A DNA stretch of 64,000 nt from Candidatus Eiseniibacteriota bacterium (GCA_044229145.1 JBGATO010000001.1:64001-128000); one strand, 5' to 3'. Shown: positions 1-11,848, numbered from the stretch's first letter. The notes: generated by a model from the letters alone, not told the origin. Made by a program: numbers and translations.

Positions 1-182
1 TCAGGGACCGACACCGAGGCGACCTGCGTGACCGGCGTCAAAGTGCCGTAGTAGTCGACCTTCACGGACTCCAGGAGCCCCGCGCTGGCGCGACCGGTGC
101 GCACACCGGACAACTCGTGGCGCACGACGTCCACCGACTTCTTCATCTTGTCGTCCATGTCGGCGAGAACGGTCTTCGGCAT
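1..182 (-). CDS. frr: Ribosome recycling factor, N-terminal part (runs off the window edge)
   Basis: Manual translation from ATG at 182: MPKTVLADMDDKMKKSVDVVRHELSGVRTGRASAGLLESVKVDYYG (RTGRA motif). Lies after pyrH. Not in the ORF track. Confidence 0.95.
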   Translation of the reverse strand, partial: MPKTVLADMDDKMKKSVDVVRHELSGVRTGRASAGLLESVKVDYYGTLTPVTQVASVSVP

Positions 183-185
183 AGC

Positions 186-914
186 TTACTCCGTGACGGT
201 GGTGCCCACCGGTTCGCGCTGCACGACGCGCAGCAGGTTCCCGTGGACGTTCACGTTGAAGATGATGAGCGGCAGCTTGTTGTCCATGCACAGCGAGATC
301 GCCGTGGAATCCATGACCTTCAGGCGCCGCGTGAGGACCTCATGATAGGTCAACGCCGGATAGAATTCTGCCGTGGGATCGAGCATCGGATCGGCACTGT
401 ACACCCCGTCGACCTTGGTGGCCTTGAGGATGACGTCGGCCTCGACCTCGATGGCGCGCAGCACGGCGGCGGTGTCGGTGGTGAAGTACGGGTTGCCGGT
501 GCCGGCGGCGCAGATCACGATGCGCCCCTTCTCGAGATGGCGCACGGCGCGGCGGCGGATATAGGGCTCGGCGAACGCTTGCATTTCGATCGCCGACATC
601 ACGCGGGTGAACAGCCCGCGGTGCTCCAACGCGCCCTGCATCGCCAGCGAATTCTGCACCGTGGCGAGCATGCCCATGTAGTCGCCGGTGACCCGGTCGA
701 GCCCCTTGGCCGCGGCCTGCAAGCCGCGGAAGATGTTGCCGCCGCCGATGACGATCGCGACCTGCACGCCGATGGCGTGCACGGCCGCGATTTCGTCAGC
801 GAAGCGGTCGAGTTGCGCGGAGTCGATGCCGTAGCCGGCCTCGCCCGCCAGACTCTCGCCGCTGATCTTCAGCAGAACGCGGCGGTAATTCCCAGCGCCG
901 TTCGCCGCGCTCAC
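186..914 (-). CDS. pyrH: UMP kinase
   Basis: [40 protein letters not shown] start overlaps the tsf stop (GTGA). Confidence 0.96.
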   Translation of the reverse strand: MSAANGAGNYRRVLLKISGESLAGEAGYGIDSAQLDRFADEIAAVHAIGVQVAIVIGGGNIFRGLQAAAKGLDRVTGDYMGMLATVQNSLAMQGALEHRGLFTRVMSAIEMQAFAEPYIRRRAVRHLEKGRIVICAAGTGNPYFTTDTAAVLRAIEVEADVILKATKVDGVYSADPMLDPTAEFYPALTYHEVLTRRLKVMDSTAISLCMDNKLPLIIFNVNVHGNLLRVVQREPVGTTVTE

Positions 915-1507
915 GCCTGTCCGAGCGCGAAGCGGGAGAAGCGCCGCACGATGATATTCTCGCCCATCTTGCCGCTGGCTTCCTTCACCAGCTCGCCGAC
1001 GGTCTTGGTCTGGTCCTTGATGAACGCCTGGTCGAGGAGGCAGACCTCGCTGTAGTACTTCTCGATCCGGCCGTCCACGATCTTGTCGATGATGTTCGCC
1101 GGCTTGCCGCTCTCGGCGACTTGCGCGCGGTAGATCTCGCGCTCCTTCTCGATCACCGCCTGGTCGAGCTCTTCGCGGCGCACCGCGAGCGGCGCCGCCG
1201 CGGCTACCTGCATCGCGAGGTCGCGCACCAGCGCGCCGAACTCCTCGGTGCGCGCCACGAAGTCGGTCTCGCTGTTGACCTCGATCAACACGCCAACGCG
1301 GTTGCCCGGGTGGATGTACGACTGGACGAGACCTTCCTTCGCCTCGCGGCCACCACGCTTCTCGGCCGAGGCGATGCCCTGCTTGCGCAGCGCCTCGAGG
1401 GCGGCGTTCATGTCGCCGTTCGCCTCGGACAGCGCCTTCTTGCAATCCATCATCCCCGCGCCACTCTTCTCGCGGAGTTCCTTCACTGCCGACGGACTAA
1501 TTGCCAT
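911..1507 (-). CDS. tsf: Elongation factor Ts (short, 198 aa)
   Basis: [19 protein letters not shown] and ETDFVA motifs. Confidence 0.97.
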   Translation of the reverse strand: MAISPSAVKELREKSGAGMMDCKKALSEANGDMNAALEALRKQGIASAEKRGGREAKEGLVQSYIHPGNRVGVLIEVNSETDFVARTEEFGALVRDLAMQVAAAAPLAVRREELDQAVIEKEREIYRAQVAESGKPANIIDKIVDGRIEKYYSEVCLLDQAFIKDQTKTVGELVKEASGKMGENIIVRRFSRFALGQA

Positions 1508-1601
1508 GACTGACCCTGCTCTCCTTCAGGCGCGCGGCGCATTGCGGCGCCGGCGCTCTCGTCTGTGCGCGCGCCCCCGTGGCGCGCGAGTCTCGGGATG
1601 G

Positions 1602-2420
<819 letters not shown>

Positions 2421-2560
2421 TGTTGGGTGACTCCTCTGTGCGTGAGCATCCACCGCCCCAGGCGCCTCGATCCGCGGCGCATGGCGCTCGGCGGACTCGG
2501 TCGCACATTGCTCATGTGCGGCGGCGCGGTTCGCGGTCCGCGCCGGTGGGGCGTGCGAGA
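2421..2560 (-). promoter_or_regulatory. Putative structured rpsB leader (possible S2 autoregulatory element)
   Basis: Long 5' UTR with complementary CGCCCCA/TGGGGCG segments (2454-2460 and 2547-2553). Position matches known rpsB leaders. Confidence 0.4.
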
Positions 2561-2669
2561 TGGGAAAACGCCGAAGCGCTTTCCAGTGACGGTGTTCGAT
2601 GTCGGTGGCGCGCGATCGCTCGCGCACCCGGGACCGCCGCCGCCATTCGGCAGCCGGCGGGACGACGGA

Positions 2670-3065
2670 CTAGCGCTTCGAGAACTGGAACCGCTTGCGG
2701 GCTCCCGGCTGTCCGTACTTCTTCCGCTCCTTCATGCGCGCATCGCGCGTGAGGAAGCCTTCCCGTCCCAACACCGACTTGAGCGACGGGTCGAGAGCGA
2801 TCAATGCACGGGCGACACCCATGCGGAGAGCTCCCGCCTGTCCCGACACTCCCCCACCACGCACGGTGGCGATCACGTCGTAGCGGCCGGACAGATTGGT
2901 GAGGGTGAGCGGACGTTCGATGTCCGTCACCACGGTTTGACGGAGGAAATACTCGCGGAACTGCCGGCCATTGACCGTGCGGCTCCCGCTTCCCGGAACC
3001 AGACGAACGCGCGCGATGGCTTCCTTGCGCCGCCCGGTCGCCGGCTTGACTGCTGCGTCGGACAT
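2670..3065 (-). CDS. rpsI: 30S ribosomal protein S9
   Basis: [22 protein letters not shown]-terminal RKRFQFSKR. Confidence 0.97.
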   Translation of the reverse strand: MSDAAVKPATGRRKEAIARVRLVPGSGSRTVNGRQFREYFLRQTVVTDIERPLTLTNLSGRYDVIATVRGGGVSGQAGALRMGVARALIALDPSLKSVLGREGFLTRDARMKERKKYGQPGARKRFQFSKR

Positions 3066-3143
3066 GTAAGTCTCCTTCGACTGAAACCTAATCCTGCGGG
3101 AAGGGCATGGGGGGCCTCACCGGCCCCCGCGCCCGTGGTGTCC

Positions 3144-3617
3144 CTAGGCGAGCCGCGCGCTCTCGAGCGCCAACGGCTGCGGGTTCTGCGCCTCGTGCGG
3201 ATGCGCCGGACCGGCGTACACGCGCAGCTTCTTCATCATGGCGCGCGCCAGCTTGGTCTTGGGCATCATGCCGCGCACGGCACGCGTCACCACGCGGTCC
3301 GGGTACTTCTGCATCAGGTCGCTCATGCGCGCCTCGCGGAAGCCGCCCGGGTACAAGGTGTGCCAGTAGTACTTCTTGTTTTCCAGCTTCGAGCCGGTCA
3401 ACGCCACCTTGTCCGCATTGATGATCACCACGTGATCGCCCACGTCGAGCCAGGGGGTGTACGTGGGCTTCGTCTTGCCTCGCAGAATCTTCGCGACTTC
3501 GGAAGCCAGGCGCCCCAGCACCAAGCCCTCCGCATCGACCACATACCAAGCGCGATCGATTTCGCCGCCCTTCACGGAATAGGTGCCGTGACCGGCACCG
3601 GTGTACGACGTGCTCAT
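3144..3617 (-). CDS. rplM: 50S ribosomal protein L13
   Basis: WYVVDAEGLVLGRLAS, LRGKTKPTYTP, HPHEAQNP. Confidence 0.97.
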   Translation of the reverse strand: MSTSYTGAGHGTYSVKGGEIDRAWYVVDAEGLVLGRLASEVAKILRGKTKPTYTPWLDVGDHVVIINADKVALTGSKLENKKYYWHTLYPGGFREARMSDLMQKYPDRVVTRAVRGMMPKTKLARAMMKKLRVYAGPAHPHEAQNPQPLALESARLA

Positions 3618-3791
3618 CAGGATCTCCGTCTCTGCTTCCTGCCCAGCCGCGACCCCGCGAGGCGCAAATCGCCCTCGCGCGGAAACTCGGAAAAGGGCCG
3701 CTGCCGGTCCCTGGCCGCGCCATCACACGACACGCGCGTCAACACACATCCGCAACTGGCGGCCAGGAGTGGGTTCGTCAAACGACCCGCC

Positions 3792-3819
3792 AGTATAGCC
3801 CCACCGCATGCGGAGTCAA
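3792..3819 (-). promoter_or_regulatory. Sigma70-type promoter for rplM-rpsI
   Basis: TTGACT-N16-TATACT on the minus strand. Confidence 0.65.
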
Positions 3820-3855
3820 GCAGTTAAGCGCGCGGCTGCGGTCCCGCCGGCGGGC

Positions 3856-4890
3856 CTACGCGAAGGGCGGCTGCACCACCCCACGCTCGGTGATCCAGCC
3901 GGTGATCAACTCCGCCGGCGTGACATCGAACGCCGGGTTGTAGGCCGGCACGCCCTCGGGGGCGATCGGGCCGAGGGCGCCGCGGGTGACCTCGTCGGAG
4001 GTGCGCTGCTCGATCGGGATTTCCGCCCCCACCTCGGTGTCGGTGTCGATGGTCGACGACGGCATCACCACGTAGAACGGAATCTCGTGCCGCTTGGCCA
4101 GCACCGCAAGAGGATAACTGCCTATCTTGTTGGCAGTATCACCGTTGGCCACCACCCTGTCGGCTCCGATCAACACCACGTCGACGAGACCGGAGGCCAT
4201 CGCCCAGCCGGCGGCGCCATCTGCGAGTACCTGCACGGGAATGCCGCGCTGCTGGCACTCCCACGCGGTGAGCCGGGCTCCTTGGAGCAGCGGGCGGGTT
4301 TCGTCGGCGAGCACCGTCGGGTTCTTGCCGGCCGCATGGGCGGCGAATACCACCGCGAGCGCGGTGCCGAGCCCGGCGGTGGCCAGGCCGCCGGTGTTGC
4401 AGTGGGTGAGAACGCGCGCGTCGGGCGGGAGCAGGTCGGCGCCAGCGCGGCCCATCCGCTCGGACATCGCCAAGTCTTCGTCGCGGATGGCTTCGGCTTC
4501 CTCGCGCAGCAGGTGCACCACCATGTCGGCGGCATCGGGGCCCATGGCGAGTCCTTCCCACACGCCGCGCATGCGCTGGATCGCCCAGGCGAGGTTGACG
4601 GCGGTGGGACGGGCTTCGACGAGCTCGTCGGCGGCGCACTCGAGGATGTCGTGCAGGCGCGGCATCGAGTGCGTGTCGGCCTTCTCGGCCACCAATGCGA
4701 GCATGTACGCGGCGGCAACACCGATCGCCGGCGCTCCGCGCACGCGCAATGCGCGAATCGCTTCGATCATCTCGCGCACGTCGGTGCAGTCGTGATAGAT
4801 CAACTCGTGCGGCAAGCGCGTTTGGTCGATGAGGCGCACCGCGCCCGGCACCGCACGGACGGTGTCGAGGGCGCGCATCGGCTCCGGCAT
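3856..4890 (-). CDS. mtnA: S-methyl-5-thioribose-1-phosphate isomerase
   Basis: LIDQTRLP, VRGAPAIG, RPTAVNL, LTHCNTGGLAT, ETRPLLQGARLT, GDTANKIGSY. Confidence 0.95.
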   Translation of the reverse strand: MPEPMRALDTVRAVPGAVRLIDQTRLPHELIYHDCTDVREMIEAIRALRVRGAPAIGVAAAYMLALVAEKADTHSMPRLHDILECAADELVEARPTAVNLAWAIQRMRGVWEGLAMGPDAADMVVHLLREEAEAIRDEDLAMSERMGRAGADLLPPDARVLTHCNTGGLATAGLGTALAVVFAAHAAGKNPTVLADETRPLLQGARLTAWECQQRGIPVQVLADGAAGWAMASGLVDVVLIGADRVVANGDTANKIGSYPLAVLAKRHEIPFYVVMPSSTIDTDTEVGAEIPIEQRTSDEVTRGALGPIAPEGVPAYNPAFDVTPAELITGWITERGVVQPPFA

Positions 4891-5513
4891 CAGTCGGCCT
4901 CCCCTGCTCGGCGGGCGTGTCGCGCGCGCAGCATCCGGTAGACGCGCGGCAGCGGCAGCCCCACCACGTTGAAATAGCACCCGTCGACGCGGGTGACGAA
5001 CACGCCGGCTTCGCCCTGGATGCCGTACGCGCCGGCTTTGTCGAGCGGCTCGCCGGTGGCGACGTAGGCCGCGATCTCGTCCTCGCCGAGTGCGGCGAAG
5101 GTCACAGTGGTGTCCTCGACCTCGCACGCCGCGGCGATGCCGGGCTGTCCGCACGGCACCAACGCCACACCGGTGAGCACCGCGTGCGTGCGCGCGCTCA
5201 GTCTGCGCAGCATCGCGACGGCGTCGGCGGCATCGCACGGCTTCTCGAGGACCGCGTCGTCGAGCACCACCACGGTATCGGCCGCCAGGACGTCGCACAC
5301 CAGGCCAGGCGGCAGCGTGTCGGCCACCGCCTGCGCCTTGGCCGCCGCCTGCCGACGCACGTAGGCGTGCGGGTCCTCGCCGGGCGTCCAGGTCCCCTCG
5401 ACACCCGGCGGGGCGTGGCGCACCTGCACGTCGACGCCGAGCGCTTCCAGCAACGCGCGCCGCCGCGGCGACGCACTCGCCAGCACGACCGGATGCGCGA
5501 ACGCGCGCGCCAT
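4890..5513 (-). CDS. maf: Maf-family nucleotide pyrophosphatase
   Basis: VLASASPRRRALL, AADTVV, EPLDKAGAYGIQG, NVVGLP. Confidence 0.93.
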   Translation of the reverse strand: MARAFAHPVVLASASPRRRALLEALGVDVQVRHAPPGVEGTWTPGEDPHAYVRRQAAAKAQAVADTLPPGLVCDVLAADTVVVLDDAVLEKPCDAADAVAMLRRLSARTHAVLTGVALVPCGQPGIAAACEVEDTTVTFAALGEDEIAAYVATGEPLDKAGAYGIQGEAGVFVTRVDGCYFNVVGLPLPRVYRMLRARHARRAGEAD

Positions 5514-5533
5514 CGGACCTGGCACGCGGTCGC

Positions 5534-6211
5534 TCACAACCGCGCCACCACGGCGAACCACAACAACGACAGCCCCACGCCCACGCCGGCACCGCGCCAG
5601 CCGATCCACCACCACCGGAAAACGCCGGAGCCGGCGATACGCGTATGCGGGATGGCCATCTGCGCGCCGGTTTGCACGTGGTAGGAGGTCTCGCCGAACC
5701 AGGTGGACGGGATGCGGCCGCGCGTCGGATCGCTCACCCGCGGCTCGGCGATAGCATGCACGCCGCCGCCGCCGCCGACGAACGGCGTCAGCCACGGCAC
5801 GCGGCGCCGCCACGCACGCGGCGCCACGGTCACCACCGTCGTCGTCCGGATCGCCCAGTCCTTGTAGCCGAAGGCACGCGGGGCGCGTTCGCACGGCACT
5901 GCGCCGGGCGAGCAGACACCGGCGTCGATCGCGTTGCGGCGGCCGGCATACTCGAGCGCCCACACTTGCGACCATACCGGCGTCACGCGCTGGCGATATT
6001 GCAACCCGTACGCGCTGGTCCGCCCGATCTCGAGCCCCCGCGCCGCCGCCAGCGTGTCGACGTGCAGCGTGGAGTAGGTCACCGAGGCGAAGCGGAACTC
6101 GAGCGGAATGCGCACGCCGCGGGCCCGCGGCGCGGCCTCTTGCGCGTGCGCCACGTTCGCCATCGCGGTACCGACGACCAGCGCGCACAGTGCGCGCCCT
6201 CCGCTACCCAC
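5534..6211 (-). CDS. Hypothetical exported protein, possible outer-membrane beta-barrel
   Basis: Signal peptide ending AHA, amphipathic strands, and an LTPFVGGGGG segment. Fills the gap between relA and maf. Confidence 0.55.
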   Translation of the reverse strand: MGSGGRALCALVVGTAMANVAHAQEAAPRARGVRIPLEFRFASVTYSTLHVDTLAAARGLEIGRTSAYGLQYRQRVTPVWSQVWALEYAGRRNAIDAGVCSPGAVPCERAPRAFGYKDWAIRTTTVVTVAPRAWRRRVPWLTPFVGGGGGVHAIAEPRVSDPTRGRIPSTWFGETSYHVQTGAQMAIPHTRIAGSGVFRWWWIGWRGAGVGVGLSLLWFAVVARL

Positions 6212-8435
6212 GCCGCGAGGTCCGGTCGTCGGCCTGGCGTCCCGCCGGGAACATCTGCTCGCGATCCACCGCGTTGACGCCCGGCACGCTCTCGACCTCG
6301 CGGATCACGCGCTCCAAGTGCGCGAGGTTGGTGACGCCGACCACGAACTCGCCACGCGCCTCGATCCCGCCATCGCCGCCGCCCATTTCGACGTTCTTGA
6401 TATTGGTGGCGGTCTTCGAGATTGCCGCCGCGATGTCGGCGAGCAGCGACTTACGGTCGCGGCCGTACACCACGAGCTTGACGTAGAAGCTGGCGGTCGG
6501 CTCGACGTCCCATTCGACCGGCAGCTTGCGATCGGCTTCGACACGATCGGGAAACGTGTTCGGGCAGTCGATGCGGTGGACGCTGACACCGCGGCCGCGC
6601 GTCACGATGCCGATCACCTGGTCGCCCGGCACCGGCTGGCAACACTTGGCGAACGAGAGCAGCAGATTGCTGACGTTCTGAATGCGGATGCCGCCGGTGT
6701 GGGTGCCGGCCGCCGGTTGGCTCGACGGCTTCTTCTCCACTGCCGGCGCGGGTTCGCTCGGCGGGTGCAGCTTGTCGGCGACATGTCCGGCCGAGAGATT
6801 CCCCTTGCCCACCGCGGCCAGCAGCGCGGTGCCGTCGACGTGGCCGAACGCCTGCGCGACATCGCCGAGTTCGCGTTCGTTCGGCAGTTTGACGTGGCGT
6901 TTGCGCAGCTCGCGATCCAGCATGTCGCGGCCGAGACCGACCGCTTCCACCATCTGCTCTTGCTTGAGCCAGCGGCGAATCTTTCCCTTGGCGTGCGTGC
7001 TGCGCACCAGGCGCAGCCATTCCGGCCGCGGCCGCGCCTCGCGCTGCGTGATGATCTCGACCTTCTCGCCGCTCTTGAGTTGATAGCGCAGCGGCACGAT
7101 GTGCCCTTCGACCTTCGCGCCGACGGTGCGATGGCCGACGTCAGTGTGGATCAAGTACGCGAGGTCGAGCGGCGTCGAGCCCTTGGGCAACTGCTTGAGA
7201 TCGCCCTTCGGCGTGAAGACGAAGACTTCGTCCTGATAGAGCGAGGTCTTCAGGAACTCGAGGAAGTCGTCGGGGTCGGTGGTGTCGGAGTGCCAGCCGG
7301 TGGCTTCGGCCATGAAGCCGCCGAGTTTGCGCTGCACCTCACGATCGGCGCGCGTGCCTTCCTTGTAGCTGTAGTGCGCGGCGATGCCGAGCTCCGCGGT
7401 GCGGTGCATGTCGCGGGTGCGGATCTGCACTTCGACGTTCTCGCCGCGCGGACCGACGACCGTGGTGTGCAGCGACTGGTACATGTTCGACTTCGGCGTC
7501 GCGATGTAGTCCTTGAAGCGATCCGGCACCGGCGTGAACACATCGTGCACGACGCCGAGTGCGCGGTAGCAGTCCGCCTTGGACTCGGTGATCACGCGCA
7601 CGCCGAGGAGGTCGTAGACTTCATCGAGGCCGCGCCCTTGCTCGTCGAGTTTCTTCTGCACCGAATAGAAATGCTTCGGGCGGCCGAGCACCTCCGCCTT
7701 CACGCCGTTTTCCGCCAGCATCTCGACCAGCGGATCGCGCACTTCGTCGATCTTGTCTTGGCGTTCGGCGCGCGTCGAATGGAACGCTTCCTTGAGCGCA
7801 CGATACTTGGTGGACTCGAGATACTTGAACGACAGGTCCTCGAGTTCCCACTTGATCTGTCCGATGCCGAGGCGGTGCGCGAGCGGCGCGTAAACGTCGA
7901 GCGTCTCGCGCGCGATGCGCTGCTGCTTCTCCGGATCGAGCGCGCCGAGCGTGCGCATGTTGTGGAGACGGTCCGCGAGTTTGATCAAGATCACGCGGAT
8001 GTCCTTCGACATGCTGAGCAGCATCTTGCGGAAGTTCTCCGCCTGCGCCGCCTGTGGCGTGCGGTGCTTGACGGTGGAGATCTTGGTGACGCCATCGACC
8101 AACAGCGCGACTTCCTCGCCGAAGCCGCGTTGCACTTCGGCGAGCTTGATGTGCGTGTCCTCGACGACGTCGTGCAGAATCGTCGCGGCGAGCAGCGTGG
8201 TGTCGCAGCGGCGGTCGAGCAGTTGCAGCAGGATGCGCGCGACCTCGTAGGGATGCACGATGTACGGTTCGCCGCTCTTGCGCGTCTGCGTGCCGTGCGC
8301 GTGCGCCGAGATCATGAACGCGCGATGCAGGGTCGAGAGTTGGAGGCCCGGACTGTACGCGCGCATCTCGTCGCGCAACTGCGCCCAGAGTTCGTCGACC
8401 AGCGGTGGCAGGACGACCGGCGTGTCGTCGCTCAT
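6204..8435 (-). CDS. relA: Bifunctional (p)ppGpp synthetase/hydrolase (long RSH)
   Basis: RKSGEPYIVHP, LHDVVED, RFKDYI, YQSLHT, EVQIRT, followed by TGS, CC and ACT domains. Confidence 0.95.
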   Translation of the reverse strand: MSDDTPVVLPPLVDELWAQLRDEMRAYSPGLQLSTLHRAFMISAHAHGTQTRKSGEPYIVHPYEVARILLQLLDRRCDTTLLAATILHDVVEDTHIKLAEVQRGFGEEVALLVDGVTKISTVKHRTPQAAQAENFRKMLLSMSKDIRVILIKLADRLHNMRTLGALDPEKQQRIARETLDVYAPLAHRLGIGQIKWELEDLSFKYLESTKYRALKEAFHSTRAERQDKIDEVRDPLVEMLAENGVKAEVLGRPKHFYSVQKKLDEQGRGLDEVYDLLGVRVITESKADCYRALGVVHDVFTPVPDRFKDYIATPKSNMYQSLHTTVVGPRGENVEVQIRTRDMHRTAELGIAAHYSYKEGTRADREVQRKLGGFMAEATGWHSDTTDPDDFLEFLKTSLYQDEVFVFTPKGDLKQLPKGSTPLDLAYLIHTDVGHRTVGAKVEGHIVPLRYQLKSGEKVEIITQREARPRPEWLRLVRSTHAKGKIRRWLKQEQMVEAVGLGRDMLDRELRKRHVKLPNERELGDVAQAFGHVDGTALLAAVGKGNLSAGHVADKLHPPSEPAPAVEKKPSSQPAAGTHTGGIRIQNVSNLLLSFAKCCQPVPGDQVIGIVTRGRGVSVHRIDCPNTFPDRVEADRKLPVEWDVEPTASFYVKLVVYGRDRKSLLADIAAAISKTATNIKNVEMGGGDGGIEARGEFVVGVTNLAHLERVIREVESVPGVNAVDREQMFPAGRQADDRTSRRG

Positions 8436-10120
8436 GCGGCGTCGTCGCCGGGCGGCGTGGCGACCAAGTCGCGCACCTTGAGTTCCACCGCGGTGCCGCG
8501 GATGCGGGACCCGGCCACCGGCGTCGCCGCGAGTACGACACGCGGCCCGCTGTCGATCCACGCGGCGTGACGCGCCAAGCCGACGCCGAGACACTCCACC
8601 ATGGCGCCGTGCCGATGGGCGCGGAAGCGCACGGCGTTGCGCCCGACGAACTGCACCGGGCCGCTCACCCGCACGTCCGGGAACGTGAACAACGGTTCCG
8701 GATGGCCAGTGCCGAACGGGCCGAGTTCGCCGATCGCCGACGCCATCGCGGCGTCGCAGTCTTCCAGCGCGATCGAGCCTTCGAGGACCAGCGGCATGCG
8801 GCGCGACGGCTCCGGCGCGGCGGCGGCCACCGCCGCCTCGAAGGTGTGCCGGAATGCCGGCAGATCCGCGCGGCGCAACGTGAAGCCGGCCGCCACGGCA
8901 TGACCGCCGTACGCATGCACGACGCTGCCGCACGCCGACAGCACTGCCGGCAAGTCGAGGCCGGCCGGGGCGCGCGCCGAGCCCTTGCCCTCGTCCCCGC
9001 GCCACACGATCAGTGCCACCGGACGCTGCCCCTCCTCGAGCAAGCGCGCCGCGGCAATGCCGAGCACCGCCGGATGCCATTCGGCCGAATCGGCGACCAG
9101 CGTGCGCGCCCCGTGTTGCGCTTCGGCGGCGCGCTGCGCGTCGCGCACCACGCCCTCGGCGAGGCGGCGACGCAGCCGGTTGTCGTCCTCGAGCTGCCGC
9201 GCCAGCAAGTGTGCCTCGCGGCGGTCCGGCGTCATCAGGAGGCGCAACGCCGACTGTGCGTGCCCGAGCCGCCCCGCCGCATTGATGCGCGGCGCCAGCG
9301 TCAGCATGACCACCGCGCTGTCGAGCACGCGATCGTCGCGGCTGCACACGTCGCGCAGTGCCGCCAGCCCCACGCGCTGCCCTTGGCGCATCACCTGCAA
9401 GCCGAGGCGCGTCAGGATACGGTTCTCGCCGACCAGCGGCATCGAGTCGGCGAGCGTGCCGAGCGCCACCAGATCGAGATGCCGGTCCACGTAGCGCGGA
9501 CTGCGGCCAAGCGCCACGAACAACGCCTGCGCGACACGGAAGGCGACCCCGACCGCCGCGAGTTCCGCGAAGCCATATTGCGAGTCAGGCCGCCGCGGAT
9601 TCACCACCGCGAGCGCATCGGGCAGCGCCGCATGCGGCTGATGGTGATCGACCACGATCACGTCGATGCCGGCGCGCCCCGCTTCGGCAATGGTGTCCAC
9701 CGAGGCCGTGCCACTGTCCGCGACCACCACCACATGGATGTCGAGCCGCTGCGCCAGCGCCAACCCGGCGAGCGTGAATCCGTGCCCCTCGCGGGCGCGG
9801 TCCGGAATCGCGCACACTGCTTGCCCACCCGCCTCGCGCAGCGCCGACGCCAGCAACGCGGCGGCGGTCACGCCGTCGACGTCGTAGTCGCCGAGCACCA
9901 GCACCGTCTCCTGCGTGTGCACGGCACGGACCAAGCGTGCGACCGCGACATCCATGTCAGGCAACCCGAAGGGATCGGGGAGATCCTCGACGCTGGGCGC
10001 GAGCAAGGCGCGGATGGCGTGCGGGTCGCGGATGCCGCGTTCGGCGAGCACGTGCGCGACGAGCGGGTGCAGCGGCTGGGCGCCGCCGCCGTTCGTGTCA
10101 CGCCGATCTGTCGTCAACAT
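8432..10120 (-). CDS. recJ: Single-stranded DNA-specific exonuclease RecJ
   Basis: GDYDVDG, VDHH, PRINAAGRL, KGSAR, GGHAVAAG. Confidence 0.93.
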   Translation of the reverse strand: MLTTDRRDTNGGGAQPLHPLVAHVLAERGIRDPHAIRALLAPSVEDLPDPFGLPDMDVAVARLVRAVHTQETVLVLGDYDVDGVTAAALLASALREAGGQAVCAIPDRAREGHGFTLAGLALAQRLDIHVVVVADSGTASVDTIAEAGRAGIDVIVVDHHQPHAALPDALAVVNPRRPDSQYGFAELAAVGVAFRVAQALFVALGRSPRYVDRHLDLVALGTLADSMPLVGENRILTRLGLQVMRQGQRVGLAALRDVCSRDDRVLDSAVVMLTLAPRINAAGRLGHAQSALRLLMTPDRREAHLLARQLEDDNRLRRRLAEGVVRDAQRAAEAQHGARTLVADSAEWHPAVLGIAAARLLEEGQRPVALIVWRGDEGKGSARAPAGLDLPAVLSACGSVVHAYGGHAVAAGFTLRRADLPAFRHTFEAAVAAAAPEPSRRMPLVLEGSIALEDCDAAMASAIGELGPFGTGHPEPLFTFPDVRVSGPVQFVGRNAVRFRAHRHGAMVECLGVGLARHAAWIDSGPRVVLAATPVAGSRIRGTAVELKVRDLVATPPGDDAA

Positions 10121-10189
10121 GCAGTGCCCTCCGCGGAGCACGCTCCCGTGTACGGCATCGCGACGCGCCGGGGAAGCGCGCGCCGCGAC

Positions 10190-10564
<375 letters not shown>

Positions 10565-10622
10565 GCCGCGACGCGTGTCCCTGCCGCATGCGATGCGGCG
10601 ACGACACGGAGCGGCGCACAGC

Positions 10623-11096
10623 TCAGCGGCGTGACAGCCCGCTGTCGACGCCTTGATTCGCGAGGGCGTCGGCCTCGCCGTTCTGTTCGCGCGGCACGTG
10701 ATGGAAGCGGCAGCGGGCGAACTTCCGCGCCAATGAACCCGCCTGCTCCCAGAGCGGCCGCAATTGCGCGTTCTTGACCTTGTAGAGGCCTTCCATCTGC
10801 CGCACGACGAGCTGGCTATCCATGTACACATCGACCTCGCGGCCGCCCAACTCCAGGGCGCGCTGCAGGCCGCGGATCACCGCCGTGTACTCGGCGCGGT
10901 TGTTGGTGCCGGTGCCGAGGTACTCGGCGACCTCGCCGATGACTTCGCCGCTCGCAAGCTTGACCACGGCGCCCGCACCGCTCGGGCCGGGATTGCCGCG
11001 GCTCGCGCCGTCGGCCCAGATGTTCATGCGCTGCGCGGGACCGATCTCGTCGGTGCCGGCGAACCCGAGGCGTGTCTGCGCGCCGTCGGCGCTCAC
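10623..11096 (-). CDS. rnhA: Ribonuclease HI (archaeal-like family)
   Basis: ADGASRGNPGPSGAG, TNNRAEY, DSQLVV, HVPREQNGEADALAN. Confidence 0.92.
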   Translation of the reverse strand: MSADGAQTRLGFAGTDEIGPAQRMNIWADGASRGNPGPSGAGAVVKLASGEVIGEVAEYLGTGTNNRAEYTAVIRGLQRALELGGREVDVYMDSQLVVRQMEGLYKVKNAQLRPLWEQAGSLARKFARCRFHHVPREQNGEADALANQGVDSGLSRR

Positions 11097-11809
11097 GCGA
11101 GCGCCCCGATCGTCTCGTCGGCGACCAGGATGCGGCCGCAGTCGTCGCAGTCGTGCAGTTCGAGGCGCTTGACGCGGGTGAGCGTCTGCGGCGGCACCTG
11201 CGCACGGCAGGAGCCACAGGCGCCGTCGCGCACCACCGAGATCGCGGTGTCCTTGCGGGCGCGCAAGATGCGCTCGTAGCGGCTCATCCAGTCGGGTCGC
11301 ACCGCGGCCGCCGCGGTGGCGCGCACGGCTTCCTCGGCGGCGATCTCGGACTCCAGCTTCGCAAGCTCGCCGCGCAGCCGGGCGATCTCCGCTTCGTGTC
11401 CGCCACGCGTCTCGGCCAGCGTCTTCTCCGCGTCCTTGAGTGCCGCCGCCGCGTGCTCTTCGAGTTCGAAGAGGCCGAGGACGCGCGTTTCGGCGGTGTC
11501 GCGTTGCTTCACGCGCGCGTCGATCTCGTGCACCAGCGCGGCGTACTCGTCGTTCTTCTTGACCTGCTGGAGCTGGGTCTCGAAGCGGCGACGCTCGCCT
11601 TCGAGCTCTTCGACCCGGCGCTCTTCCGCACGTCGATCGTGGATGGCCTTGTCGCGCTGCGCGACGTAGCCGTCGCGCACCTTCACGGCCTCCGCGATCT
11701 TGCCCTCCACCTTGGCGATGAAGCGCGGCAACTCCGCCGCCATCTCCCGCAATTCGTGGAGACGGGCGTCGTGCCGGTGGACGGTGAACAGTGCGGCGAA
11801 ATCGCTCAT
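11093..11809 (-). CDS. Coiled-coil plus C4 zinc-ribbon protein (DUF164/CT398-like)
   Basis: Long coiled coil followed by CGSC...CDDCGRIL. Usual neighbour of rnhA and rnpB. Confidence 0.88.
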   Translation of the reverse strand: MSDFAALFTVHRHDARLHELREMAAELPRFIAKVEGKIAEAVKVRDGYVAQRDKAIHDRRAEERRVEELEGERRRFETQLQQVKKNDEYAALVHEIDARVKQRDTAETRVLGLFELEEHAAAALKDAEKTLAETRGGHEAEIARLRGELAKLESEIAAEEAVRATAAAAVRPDWMSRYERILRARKDTAISVVRDGACGSCRAQVPPQTLTRVKRLELHDCDDCGRILVADETIGALA

Positions 11810-11848
11810 GGGACCTCGGAAATGGCGACGTGACAACGATCTAGGGCG

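Noticed and set aside
186..1445. Apparent 419-aa PyrH with an N-terminal extension
   Set aside because: The extension is an alternate frame of tsf. The real start is the GTG at 914. The same artefact affects the track ORFs for mtnA, relA, dnaG, glmS and hemW.
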